Virus record (IMG/VR): IMGVR_UViG_3300042377_000611
Coordinates: 1-28,050 of that record
Length of the DNA stretch: 28,050 nt
Direction: 5' to 3' (one strand)
DNA from: a virus
Taxonomy: Duplodnaviria; Caudoviricetes
Part shown: one piece after another, positions 15,452 through 24,837 of the stretch
Numbering within the stretch: the first letter of the stretch is position 1
Layout of the letters: each line of letters starts with the position of its first letter
Made by a program: the position numbers and the translations under genes
Notes under the pieces: generated by a model
Database searches by the model: none
What the model was told of the DNA's origin: nothing
The model's input: the letters and a program-made list of their open reading frames with translations, nothing else

Positions 15452-18081
15452 GTAATAATACTTTAACACTAACAAAGATTAAATCTATATTTGAAGATTT
15501 AGCAAATCGCCATAGTTTTATCAATGACTTTGGATTCGGACCTTCATACAATATAGGTAATGAAAGACCGCCCTTACTTCCTTATATGTGGATTGAACCT
15601 ATATCAACAAGAGTTCAAACAGGTGGTGGTAATTCACAAGGCGTAGAATACTATACATTCACTATGTATATTATGGATAAGATTAATAAAGGTGATGCCA
15701 ATTATCAAGATACATCTTCTGATTGTGATTATATAAGTAAAACTATATTCGCTGAATTAGATCAGCATCCTTATTATGTTGATTTAGATTTAAGTATTGA
15801 TGGAACCTTTGAAGGTCAGCCAGCGTATGAAGCACAGGATGAGAATAGTAATGGTTGGATGACTACTTTTACTCTAAAACTTCCTTTAAGATATTCACCT
15901 TGTAATGATCCAGTAAGTGCGATGGTCGGTTATTCAACCGTTCTTTCAACAAATGGATATACAATTACTTACTTTGGTCCAACGGGTCCTCCTGGTCCAA
16001 TAGGTCCGCAAGGAGCAACGGGTGCTGCTGGCACAAGTGGCACATCAGGTATATCAGGTTCATCAGGAACTTCAGGTATAACTGGTGCAACTGGTCCATC
16101 AGGTGGTGGTGGTTCATCAGGAACTTCTGGTATAAATGGCACATCAGGCTCAAGTGGTATATCAGGCTCATCAGGATCAAGCGGCACATCAGGAGTAGAT
16201 GGAACTTCTGGCACATCTGGTATAGATGGAACTTCTGGATCTTCTGGTATAGATGGAACAAATGGTGTGAATGGATCATCAGGGTCAAGTGGTATAAGCG
16301 GTTCATCGGGTTCAAGTGGCTCATCAGGTATTTCAGGTTCAAGTGGATCTTCTGGCTCATCAGGATCAAGTGGCACATCTGGTATAGATGGAACTTCTGG
16401 TTCAAGCGGCACATCTGGTGTAGATGGAACTTCTGGGTCTTCTGGTATAAATGGAACAAGTGGATCTTCTGCAACCTCAGGGTCAAGTGGCTCATCAGGA
16501 TCTTCTGGCTCATCAGGATCAAGTGGCACATCTGGTATAGATGGAACTTCTGGTATAGATGGAACTTCTGGTTCAAGCGGCACATCTGGTGTAGATGGAA
16601 CTTCTGGTATAGATGGTGATGTTTATTCAACAACTTCAAATACTAATCTAACAATCGCGAGTAATGGAACTCAATCATTAATAACAAATGATTTAAATCT
16701 TGATTATTCAATTGCTCAAAGTATAATTATCGCACATGATTTAAGTAATCATATGCACGCAGAAGTTGTTTCTTATAATCCATCAACTGGTTTATTAGTT
16801 TATGATATTAAACATAAAACTGGTTCAGGAACATACGCCAGTTGGCAAATTAATTTGGCTGGTGCTGTCGGTCAAGCAGGATCAAGTGGATCTTCTGGGT
16901 CAAGTGGTTCTTCTGGGTCTTCTGGATCATCTGGTTCAAGTGGATCATCAGGCTCAAGTGGTTCTTCTGGTATAAATGGTTCAACTATTATATCAGGTTC
17001 TATGAAAAGTATAAGTGGAACATCAAGTAATAAAAGTGTTGGAACAATTGACTTATACTCATTTAGATCAAGTGCGATTGGCTGGAGTGCCTCAACCTTA
17101 CCTAATGGATATTATGTAATCACAGCACCGACTGGTTTATCATGGGGATCACCTGGTGGTATTAGTCCTGGTGATGCTTTAAGTCCTGATTGGGATTTAA
17201 CAGCCAACTTTTATCTTACCTCTTACAATATATCAACAGGTCAATTTATATTTGAAAGCACAAATAGATCAATTTCGGCAGGAACACACTCTGTAATTCC
17301 TGGGCCATACTATGGTGGATATTTACCAAACGGAACTGCGGATCAAACAATGAAGATTGCTGGCATTGGAACAACATTTTCAACAAGCACTATTGGTAAA
17401 TTATATGTTAATATATCATTCACACCAGTAAGTTATGGTAGAGTTAGTTTAATTATAGGAACTGGGTCATCACCAGCAGCGGGAACAACTGCTTCATCAA
17501 CAAATGGATTAACATATAGTATGCCATATGAATTCAACAGCACTACTGGTGTTAGTCCTGTTGATACAAATGTTGTTGTTGATTTATCAAGTAATACTAA
17601 CTATTGGATAGATTTACAATTCAGCACGGTAGGTCAAATAAGCGGAACATTCTCACTTACAAACATACACTATTCTATTATAGAGATGTCTGGTCCGAAA
17701 GGAGATACTGGAACTCAATCACTCGCTCAAACACTCGCGATTGGAAATAATGCTGGAACTTACAGCATAGGTATAAATTCTTATACCACAAATGTATCGG
17801 TGTCTAATATAACTGGAACAACAGCCGTTTCTTTAGCATCAACCAATACCTATGCTTATACTCTGACTGGTAATACAACTTTTGGTTATGTTTCGGCTAC
17901 AACATCAGTATATAACTTCTTAATAAAAGCAGGAACATATAGTTTTTCACTTGATAGTGCTTACGCTTGGCAGACGGTCGGCGCAACCGCTCTTGGATTT
18001 ACAGGATCTTTTGTTATGTCTGGAATATATGATGGAACTGATATGTGGATTTCAACAATAAAAAATTATTTATCTTACTAA
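15448..18081 (+). CDS. Fibre protein: tail-completion-like N-terminal domain, Gly-X-Y (GSS/GTS) repeats, beta-rich C-terminal domains
   Basis: About 155 aa globular N-terminus, about 210 aa and about 35 aa Gly-X-Y tracts, Ser/Thr-rich C-terminus. Confidence 0.7.
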   Translation: MSNNTLTLTKIKSIFEDLANRHSFINDFGFGPSYNIGNERPPLLPYMWIEPISTRVQTGGGNSQGVEYYTFTMYIMDKINKGDANYQDTSSDCDYISKTIFAELDQHPYYVDLDLSIDGTFEGQPAYEAQDENSNGWMTTFTLKLPLRYSPCNDPVSAMVGYSTVLSTNGYTITYFGPTGPPGPIGPQGATGAAGTSGTSGISGSSGTSGITGATGPSGGGGSSGTSGINGTSGSSGISGSSGSSGTSGVDGTSGTSGIDGTSGSSGIDGTNGVNGSSGSSGISGSSGSSGSSGISGSSGSSGSSGSSGTSGIDGTSGSSGTSGVDGTSGSSGINGTSGSSATSGSSGSSGSSGSSGSSGTSGIDGTSGIDGTSGSSGTSGVDGTSGIDGDVYSTTSNTNLTIASNGTQSLITNDLNLDYSIAQSIIIAHDLSNHMHAEVVSYNPSTGLLVYDIKHKTGSGTYASWQINLAGAVGQAGSSGSSGSSGSSGSSGSSGSSGSSGSSGSSGINGSTIISGSMKSISGTSSNKSVGTIDLYSFRSSAIGWSASTLPNGYYVITAPTGLSWGSPGGISPGDALSPDWDLTANFYLTSYNISTGQFIFESTNRSISAGTHSVIPGPYYGGYLPNGTADQTMKIAGIGTTFSTSTIGKLYVNISFTPVSYGRVSLIIGTGSSPAAGTTASSTNGLTYSMPYEFNSTTGVSPVDTNVVVDLSSNTNYWIDLQFSTVGQISGTFSLTNIHYSIIEMSGPKGDTGTQSLAQTLAIGNNAGTYSIGINSYTTNVSVSNITGTTAVSLASTNTYAYTLTGNTTFGYVSATTSVYNFLIKAGTYSFSLDSAYAWQTVGATALGFTGSFVMSGIYDGTDMWISTIKNYLSY
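15976..16980 (+). repeat. Coding low-complexity 9/18-bp repeats (Gly-Ser-Ser, Gly-Thr-Ser, Gly-Ile-Asp)
   Basis: 16345-16436 recurs at 16498-16607 with one extra 18-bp unit; a second tract lies at about 16860-16980. Confidence 0.85.
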
Positions 18082-19094
18082 TGTTTAACACAGGCGTCGC
18101 ATTTTGGGTAGCCCCCACGCCAGCTATACTTTGTTCTTTGACCTATGTATGGTCAAAGATCGCTCAATATACAAATAGAACTCCTGGATTAGCTGCGGCA
18201 GCATCTTTTACTATTGGTAATTATATTTACCTTGGAACTGGTAGAGCAACCGCTGCCATCACATCAACACAATCATTTTATAGATATGATACTATTAATA
18301 ATGTTTGGTCCGCAACAGCGACCGCTCCCCTTTCGGGAACTGCGAGAAATGGAGCACAGGGATTTGCACTAAATGGATATGGATTCATTCTTGGTGGTAG
18401 AGCTCCTTTCGCAACGGGTGCTCCATATTATAAAGATCTTTGGAGATATAATCCAACTACAAACTCATGGGCAAAAGCAGCCACATATAGTGGAACAACA
18501 AGAGGAATAGCAATATCTTTTATATTAAAAGGTGAAGCATACTATGGACTTGGAACTCTTTCTGGTGGTGCTGGTGAATTTAAAGATTTTAGAAGATATA
18601 ATGCGACTGATGACGCTTGGTATACAACCGTAGGAAAAGGTGGTGGTAATGGAACTTATTCTATACCAGATTTCAAAGCAGGTCCAAGATTTTATCCTGG
18701 ATACTGGACCAACGCGAGTGGAACAAAAGCCTATGTAAGTTGTGGTGGAGCAACCGCGAATGTTTTACAAAATGACTTATGGGAATTTGATATAGACACT
18801 TTACAATGGACTAAAAAAACATCACTACCATCGGTGGCAAGAGAAAATATGATGTATGGTTCAATCGGAACAGGTATTCCAAGTAATAAAGGATATTTGA
18901 TAGGTGGTTATACAGCAACTATACCAATGCAGGATGTGTGGGAGTATGATATATTAACAGATGTTTGGACACAAAGAACTAATTTACCGGAAGTCCTTTA
19001 TAATGCTCATATTACCGCTTTTAATTGTAGTATATATGCTGGTCCCGGTGGTGGTGCAGCCGGCACAAGTGCATCTATATGGCAACAAATATAA
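18081..19094 (+). CDS. Kelch-repeat beta-propeller protein
   Basis: Repeats such as YLGTG..FYRYD..W, ILGG..DLWRYNP..W and LIGG..DVWEYD..W; the ATG at 18081 overlaps the upstream TAA. Confidence 0.8.
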   Translation: MFNTGVAFWVAPTPAILCSLTYVWSKIAQYTNRTPGLAAAASFTIGNYIYLGTGRATAAITSTQSFYRYDTINNVWSATATAPLSGTARNGAQGFALNGYGFILGGRAPFATGAPYYKDLWRYNPTTNSWAKAATYSGTTRGIAISFILKGEAYYGLGTLSGGAGEFKDFRRYNATDDAWYTTVGKGGGNGTYSIPDFKAGPRFYPGYWTNASGTKAYVSCGGATANVLQNDLWEFDIDTLQWTKKTSLPSVARENMMYGSIGTGIPSNKGYLIGGYTATIPMQDVWEYDILTDVWTQRTNLPEVLYNAHITAFNCSIYAGPGGGAAGTSASIWQQI

Positions 19095-19111
19095 AAATAA
19101 TATAAATAAAA

Positions 19112-19366
19112 ATGATAGTAATAGATATAACAAATAATTATGTGTTGGCATCATCAACTGATATAAGAAAAGTAAATGAAAGAGGAGAAATTGGAATCAT
19201 TAAAGTTTATGTAGATGGTGCGAATGATTGGTATATAGGAACCGATTATACAACCGCTGAAATAATAACAGATGATATACTTGTTCCTGATCCAAATAAA
19301 CAATACTACTGGGATAATGGAGTTTTTATAGAAGTTCCTGCCATACCAAAACCACCATATTTGTAA
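19112..19366 (+). CDS. Small hypothetical protein, possible fibre assembly chaperone
   Basis: 84 aa; YYWDNG.F..P C-terminus; follows a fibre-related gene. Confidence 0.5.
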   Translation: MIVIDITNNYVLASSTDIRKVNERGEIGIIKVYVDGANDWYIGTDYTTAEIITDDILVPDPNKQYYWDNGVFIEVPAIPKPPYL

Positions 19367-19385
19367 ATTAAAAATAAATTAGAAG

Positions 19386-20357
19386 ATGAAATTAACAACT
19401 AATGATGAGATACAATTAGATTCACTCGCTGGATCTGGAAATAGATTACTTCAAGTAGATAATTCTGGTTTGATAAGTGGCACAACATCAACAGGTGGTG
19501 GAGGAACTGGGTCTGGAACATCTGGAACATCTGGAACAAGCGGAACTTCGGGGTCAAGCGGATCACCTGGCTCAAGTGGCTCAAGTGGCTCAAGTGGATC
19601 TTCAGGTCTTGCTGGTGTTGATGGATCTAATTCTATAAGATGGAGCTGGTCTGGATTAGGCGAAAATGTTAATCCAGGAAATACATATTTCATTAGTGAT
19701 TCAAATTCTTTATCATCTACTACAAAACTTTCTATAAGTTCTAAAAATATAAACATGGTTGTTTGCCAAGCATGGCTTCAAGAAATAGAAACATTATATA
19801 ATAACGGAAATATAGTTTATATAAAAGTATCCGAGGTTAATAATAACACGGTCTCTGCTGTATGGCCGATCACATCAGCTGCTTTTAATTATTCTATACC
19901 TGGTAGTTGGTTAGACGCTGATTTAGGTTCGGCTCTTACCGCGAATGGAACATTTTCATCAGTTGATTATTCTATATCATTTGTATATAATGGATTAGAT
20001 GGAACTAATGGAACCTCCGGCTCTTCTGGTATATCTATTACAGGAGCAACTGGTTCTAATGGCTCATCAGGAACATCAGGTGTTTCAGGTGGCGGTTCAG
20101 CAGCAAAAGTATTCTTAACAAGTCAATCACTTACAACTTCTGGTTGGTTCGCAACAGGCTCTTTTTGGGGTTATACTTTTTCTAATGCGAATATAGGAAC
20201 TCAAAGTATAGTTAATTATATACCATACAATGATAGTTATACAGAGTGTATAAATTCAAGATTACTTCCTTATAATCTTGTTGGAGCTTCTTACTCTATA
20301 TTCTATTCTTATTACTTACCTATTACAACAATAATAGGTGATATACAAATATTCTAA
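19386..20357 (+). CDS. Second Gly-X-Y (GSS/GTS) fibre-like protein
   Basis: Two GTS/GSS tracts separated by a globular domain. Confidence 0.65.
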   Translation: MKLTTNDEIQLDSLAGSGNRLLQVDNSGLISGTTSTGGGGTGSGTSGTSGTSGTSGSSGSPGSSGSSGSSGSSGLAGVDGSNSIRWSWSGLGENVNPGNTYFISDSNSLSSTTKLSISSKNINMVVCQAWLQEIETLYNNGNIVYIKVSEVNNNTVSAVWPITSAAFNYSIPGSWLDADLGSALTANGTFSSVDYSISFVYNGLDGTNGTSGSSGISITGATGSNGSSGTSGVSGGGSAAKVFLTSQSLTTSGWFATGSFWGYTFSNANIGTQSIVNYIPYNDSYTECINSRLLPYNLVGASYSIFYSYYLPITTIIGDIQIF

Positions 20358-20363
20358 TAAACT

Positions 20364-22595
20364 ATGGCATTTTTTACACCAGGACAAGTATCTAACATAC
20401 CAAAAAAACCTTTAACTCCGCCAACAGAATGGACAAGACCAGGTGACTGGATTTCTATTACTGATAATGTAAATAAGATTCAAATGTTAGTAAGTGATAT
20501 AGGAACTCAGTCATTTGCTGGAACTGGAGCAACAACATCATATACAATCAATAGTATATTCACAAGAACAGGTGCTACATATTCAATCTATATTGATTGG
20601 GGTGATGGTTCATCAGATCAAGTAAGCACAACAACAACTACAAACACAAGTCATGATTATACAACTGGTGGAACTACTTGTTCAAGAGGATATAATACTT
20701 GGGTCATTACTATTACGGTAGATCCAACCGTCTCACTAACAACTTGTAATCTTATTGCTCCTGTAAATCTTGGTTCGCCTTTGAATTTTCCATCAGGATT
20801 ATTAGAACTATACCACGGTGATACAATTGCATCTGCTCTTACTCTCACATCTAAATACTCAAACGGAACATTAGGTAATTATTCAAATTTAGAATATGTA
20901 AAACTTCCTACCACATGGACCGGGTCATCATTGGCGAGTGCCTTTACAAATTGTTTTGCTTTACAAAAGGTTATACTACCAACAACTATGAATTCTTGCA
21001 CAAGTATGGCTTCTTGTTTTAGTGGATGTGTATCATTAAAAAAAATAACAATGCCCGAGAGCGCGACCCTACTGAATACTTTGGCCTTAACTTTTAATGG
21101 ATGTTCAGAGTTATACTTGGTTAGTTTTCCACCGTCATTAACATTAAATGCGGTGACTACTTTTAACAGCACATTTCTTGATTGTGTATCAATAGATAAT
21201 CTTACTATACCATCAACCAACACATGCTCTTCTTTTTCTGCCGCCTTCGCGAGGTGTTATTCACTTACAAATATGAAACTTACAGCATTAAGAACATCAG
21301 GAACTATTGATTGGACTAATGCTTTCTTAAATAGTCAGTCATTGGTGAGAGCGGATATACCAACAACATCAGGAACAGCAACTTGGAACTGCGGGAATAT
21401 GCTTCAGGATTGTAAGGCTCTTGCTTACTTTTCATTTCCAGCAACACTAACGGTTAATAACTTCTCAGGCACATTTAATGGATGTTCAAATATAGTAAGA
21501 ATAGATATGCCAACAACTCTGAATGGAAGTTTTACTATGGCTTCATTTGCCTATCAGTGTTATAACCTTACTTATATTACATTTCCAAGTGCTGGATCAC
21601 CAACACCAACATCAATGCTGTCTGCTTTTACTTCTTGTGCCGTGCTGACCTCTGTTGTTTTTCCAAGCAACTGGGTTCTTACTTCACTGACCGACTTAAA
21701 CTCAACATTCTTATCAAGTGGTAATTTACAAACAATTTCATTTCCAGCATCAGCAGCAAACAGCATCACCACATTAAATAGAACATTTGAAAGTTGTTTT
21801 AATTTGACTTCGGTTCAACTTCCGACATCACTAAATGCATGCACAACCATTACTTCTTGTTTTAATAGTTGTTATGCTTTAACTTCTATTACACTTCCTT
21901 CATCTATGCCTGCTTTAACAGGAACAGGATTACAAACAGCATTTCAAAATTGTAGATCATTGACCTCACTTACTCTACCAACAACCGTGGTCACAAATGG
22001 TATTACAAATATGACTTCTTGTTTTAATGGATGTAATTCATTAACATCTATTACACTTCCAGTGTTAGGAACTGGCGTGACCTCATTCGCAACCGCATTT
22101 CAAGATACATGGAATTTAAAAACTCTTAACTTCAATACAGGAACTATGAGTAATGCCGCAATATCAGCAACCAGTATGTTATTAAGAAGTGGTGTAAATA
22201 CATTATTAAATACTTCTTCATTTGGAACAACGGCATCACTTATAGATGCGACAACACTCGGAAATACTACACCGTTTTGTGCTACATACTCATTTTCTAC
22301 AAGATTTTCTAAGCTTGATATATCAGGTGTTGTTGCAAATAGAAATACCTTTGTAAGGACTTTAAGATTACCAGCAGTTGCTTTAACTGGTCAATGGGGT
22401 GGAACTTCACCACAAATAAATATATCTTATACAGGTATTACTTATACTAATTTAGTTGCTCTGTTTAATGATATGGCGGCTCAAGGAAACATTGTTGGTA
22501 AAACTATAAACATAACCAGTGCTACAGGTGCTGCCTCATTAACAGCAGGTGATAGATTAATCATCACAAGTAAAGGTTGGACTATAACAGGATAA
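20364..22595 (+). CDS. BspA-type leucine-rich-repeat protein with an N-terminal PKD-like domain (probable adhesin or receptor-binding protein)
   Basis: IDWGDG motif, then many roughly 24-26 aa repeats FxxCxxLxxIxLP. Confidence 0.8.
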   Translation: MAFFTPGQVSNIPKKPLTPPTEWTRPGDWISITDNVNKIQMLVSDIGTQSFAGTGATTSYTINSIFTRTGATYSIYIDWGDGSSDQVSTTTTTNTSHDYTTGGTTCSRGYNTWVITITVDPTVSLTTCNLIAPVNLGSPLNFPSGLLELYHGDTIASALTLTSKYSNGTLGNYSNLEYVKLPTTWTGSSLASAFTNCFALQKVILPTTMNSCTSMASCFSGCVSLKKITMPESATLLNTLALTFNGCSELYLVSFPPSLTLNAVTTFNSTFLDCVSIDNLTIPSTNTCSSFSAAFARCYSLTNMKLTALRTSGTIDWTNAFLNSQSLVRADIPTTSGTATWNCGNMLQDCKALAYFSFPATLTVNNFSGTFNGCSNIVRIDMPTTLNGSFTMASFAYQCYNLTYITFPSAGSPTPTSMLSAFTSCAVLTSVVFPSNWVLTSLTDLNSTFLSSGNLQTISFPASAANSITTLNRTFESCFNLTSVQLPTSLNACTTITSCFNSCYALTSITLPSSMPALTGTGLQTAFQNCRSLTSLTLPTTVVTNGITNMTSCFNGCNSLTSITLPVLGTGVTSFATAFQDTWNLKTLNFNTGTMSNAAISATSMLLRSGVNTLLNTSSFGTTASLIDATTLGNTTPFCATYSFSTRFSKLDISGVVANRNTFVRTLRLPAVALTGQWGGTSPQINISYTGITYTNLVALFNDMAAQGNIVGKTINITSATGAASLTAGDRLIITSKGWTITG

Positions 22596-22610
22596 AAATA
22601 AATATAAAAT

Positions 22611-22802
22611 ATGTATTATAAATTATTTGATGAAGAAGGCGAGTATAAAGATAAGACAACTGGTGAGTTAAAAAACTTAATGGAAGTCAATTGGGCTTGG
22701 ACACCAGAAGGTGATAATGTTGGATGGGATTCATTTGATTCAATTGAAGAAGCGATGACTTATTACAACATAGAAATAATTAAAGAGGAAGATGGCAACT
22801 GA
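22611..22802 (+). CDS. Small acidic hypothetical protein
   Basis: 63 aa ORF in operon context. Confidence 0.55.
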   Translation: MYYKLFDEEGEYKDKTTGELKNLMEVNWAWTPEGDNVGWDSFDSIEEAMTYYNIEIIKEEDGN

Positions 22803-23271
22803 ATTTCCAGAATTAAAAAAAGCGGTTAATAAATTAGGTGATGAATTTGTAATGGAATTGATTAATCAATTATTAATTGCAGATAAAGCAGCATCTGGTA
22901 AATTAATTAAATCATTAGATTATGAAGTTATAGAACTTTTAGACAATTTGATGATAAGATTACATAGCGAACCATATTTAATAAATGTAGATAAGGGTAG
23001 AAGAGCAGGAGCGAAGCCACCACCATCTGACAAGATACTTCCTTGGATTAAATTAAGAAGTATAAAGGGTAGAGATAGTAAAGGAAGGTTCATAACAGAT
23101 AAATCACTTTCATTTATTATTGCGAGAAGTATAGGAATAAAAGGAATAAGACCAACAAATGTGATACAGAAAGCGAAAGATAATATAATAAAAAAGAAAA
23201 CTGAAATCTTGGCAAAAGCAGCAACAAAAGATGTGATGGATGCCTTGAATAAAATACTAATAAATCTATAA
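22792..23271 (+). CDS. Putative neck/tail-completion morphogenesis protein
   Basis: ASG.L..S, VD.GR..G..PP...I..W and FIIARSI..KGI.P pattern of basic virion morphogenesis proteins. Confidence 0.55.
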   Translation: MATEFPELKKAVNKLGDEFVMELINQLLIADKAASGKLIKSLDYEVIELLDNLMIRLHSEPYLINVDKGRRAGAKPPPSDKILPWIKLRSIKGRDSKGRFITDKSLSFIIARSIGIKGIRPTNVIQKAKDNIIKKKTEILAKAATKDVMDALNKILINL

Positions 23272-24821
23272 TGCCAATTACAACTCTATCAACATATCCA
23301 AATGACTACTCACCTGTCTATGGTGATCTGTGGTTTCAATTAACTTCAACCTCATATGCTCTTACTAATTTTAAATATGTTTTTGACTTACAAAAAATAA
23401 GTATTACTGGTGTGACCTCATCATTAGGAAGATATAAGGTTCCACCATCTGTCGCTGGATATGGTTTATACAACTCATCAAGAGTTTTACAAACACAATT
23501 GACTTATGATTTAAATCCAGCCATAACATCATATCAAGCGCCGAATTCACTAACATCATATAATATAAATTATGGTTTTGAATACAACCCAAATAAACTA
23601 TTTGTATCAACATTCGGAACAACCGCTTCTAAATTAGGATTAAGTTTTTCAACAGCTCATCCATTTTCTGTTAATGATATTATACAGGTAAGTAAAGATG
23701 ATAAAACCGTGAATTATGAATATGACGGCACGGCTTCTGTCACCGCAACAACAACTTATACTATAACAACTGATAAAACTTATTTAGTTCCATATCCAAA
23801 TGAAAGCGGCGCGATTATTTCTTTTTTAAGATTAGAAAATATATCAAGGACATTAAATGCTTTTAATGGTGTTAGACCTTATGAATTAAAAGCGTTCAAT
23901 TATGGAACAATAGGTAAATACTTACATACAGGAACTCAAAGTGAAGGCGGTTCAACTTATTCATTAACAAATTATTCTTTTATTGATGGATATTATCCAA
24001 CATATGAAGGATCAAAAACTATTGAACTGAATGATGTTGAAACAACTTCTTATTTAGTTGATAGGTCATACTCATATAGACCCGACTTGGTTGGTATTCA
24101 GTTATACAGCGCTCTTGGAACATCATCAGCAATTACATCCACTGATTACTTTACTTATTCAATTAATGTAAATACTGCTTATAAAAGAATAGATATAGGA
24201 ACAGGTCCATTAAATATAACAAACGCTCTTGGATTTAATATATTCACACAAAGCAGTAATCTATATTATATGGTTTGCCTTCAATCATCAACGGTTCCAT
24301 TACCTGGAAGACCTATGATTCCATTGTCAGCAATTAATTCATATGGATTAAGATACTATAAGATTAAAGATTATGATCCGATTGCAAACTGCTCACCATA
24401 TCCAAAGATTAGATTAGCATTTGTGAATACATTAGGTGGTATAGATTATTTTACCTTTAATTTTAAGTCAGTGAATACTATGAACACAGAAAAAACTTAC
24501 TTCAAAAGAGAATTAGATTTTAATTATACCGTTGGTGATAGACAAGATTTTGTTTTAAGTCAAAGAGCGACTGAAACCTATACTATATCAACTGATTTCT
24601 TAAATGATAATACAGCGAGTTGGTTAAAAGAATTAATTAAATCAACAGAAGTGTATGTTATTTCAGCGGATGGTTCAGATATATCAAATATAGTGGTCAC
24701 AAAACTTCCTATACTAATAATGGATAGTTCATTCCAAGTAAAAACAAAATTAAATGATAAATCAATTGCAATTACATTAACATATAGAACTGCTTACCCT
24801 ATAAACACAGCGCAAGGATAA
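23271..24821 (+). CDS. Tail structural protein (distal-tail-like)
   Basis: 516 aa; F.N.LGG.DYFTF and WL.EL..S.EVY motifs typical of Bacteroidota phage tail proteins. Confidence 0.6.
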   Translation: MPITTLSTYPNDYSPVYGDLWFQLTSTSYALTNFKYVFDLQKISITGVTSSLGRYKVPPSVAGYGLYNSSRVLQTQLTYDLNPAITSYQAPNSLTSYNINYGFEYNPNKLFVSTFGTTASKLGLSFSTAHPFSVNDIIQVSKDDKTVNYEYDGTASVTATTTYTITTDKTYLVPYPNESGAIISFLRLENISRTLNAFNGVRPYELKAFNYGTIGKYLHTGTQSEGGSTYSLTNYSFIDGYYPTYEGSKTIELNDVETTSYLVDRSYSYRPDLVGIQLYSALGTSSAITSTDYFTYSINVNTAYKRIDIGTGPLNITNALGFNIFTQSSNLYYMVCLQSSTVPLPGRPMIPLSAINSYGLRYYKIKDYDPIANCSPYPKIRLAFVNTLGGIDYFTFNFKSVNTMNTEKTYFKRELDFNYTVGDRQDFVLSQRATETYTISTDFLNDNTASWLKELIKSTEVYVISADGSDISNIVVTKLPILIMDSSFQVKTKLNDKSIAITLTYRTAYPINTAQG

Positions 24822-24837
24822 TTAATATATAGAAAAT

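Noticed and set aside
15965-16639. Long minus-strand ORFs (His/Gln-rich and Pro/Glu/Asp-rich)
   Set aside because: Antisense shadows of the Gly-Ser repeat codons in the fibre gene.
19399-21772. Minus-strand ORFs at 19399, 19451, 20657, 20879 and 21572
   Set aside because: Fully antisense to well-supported fibre and LRR genes, with no independent signals.
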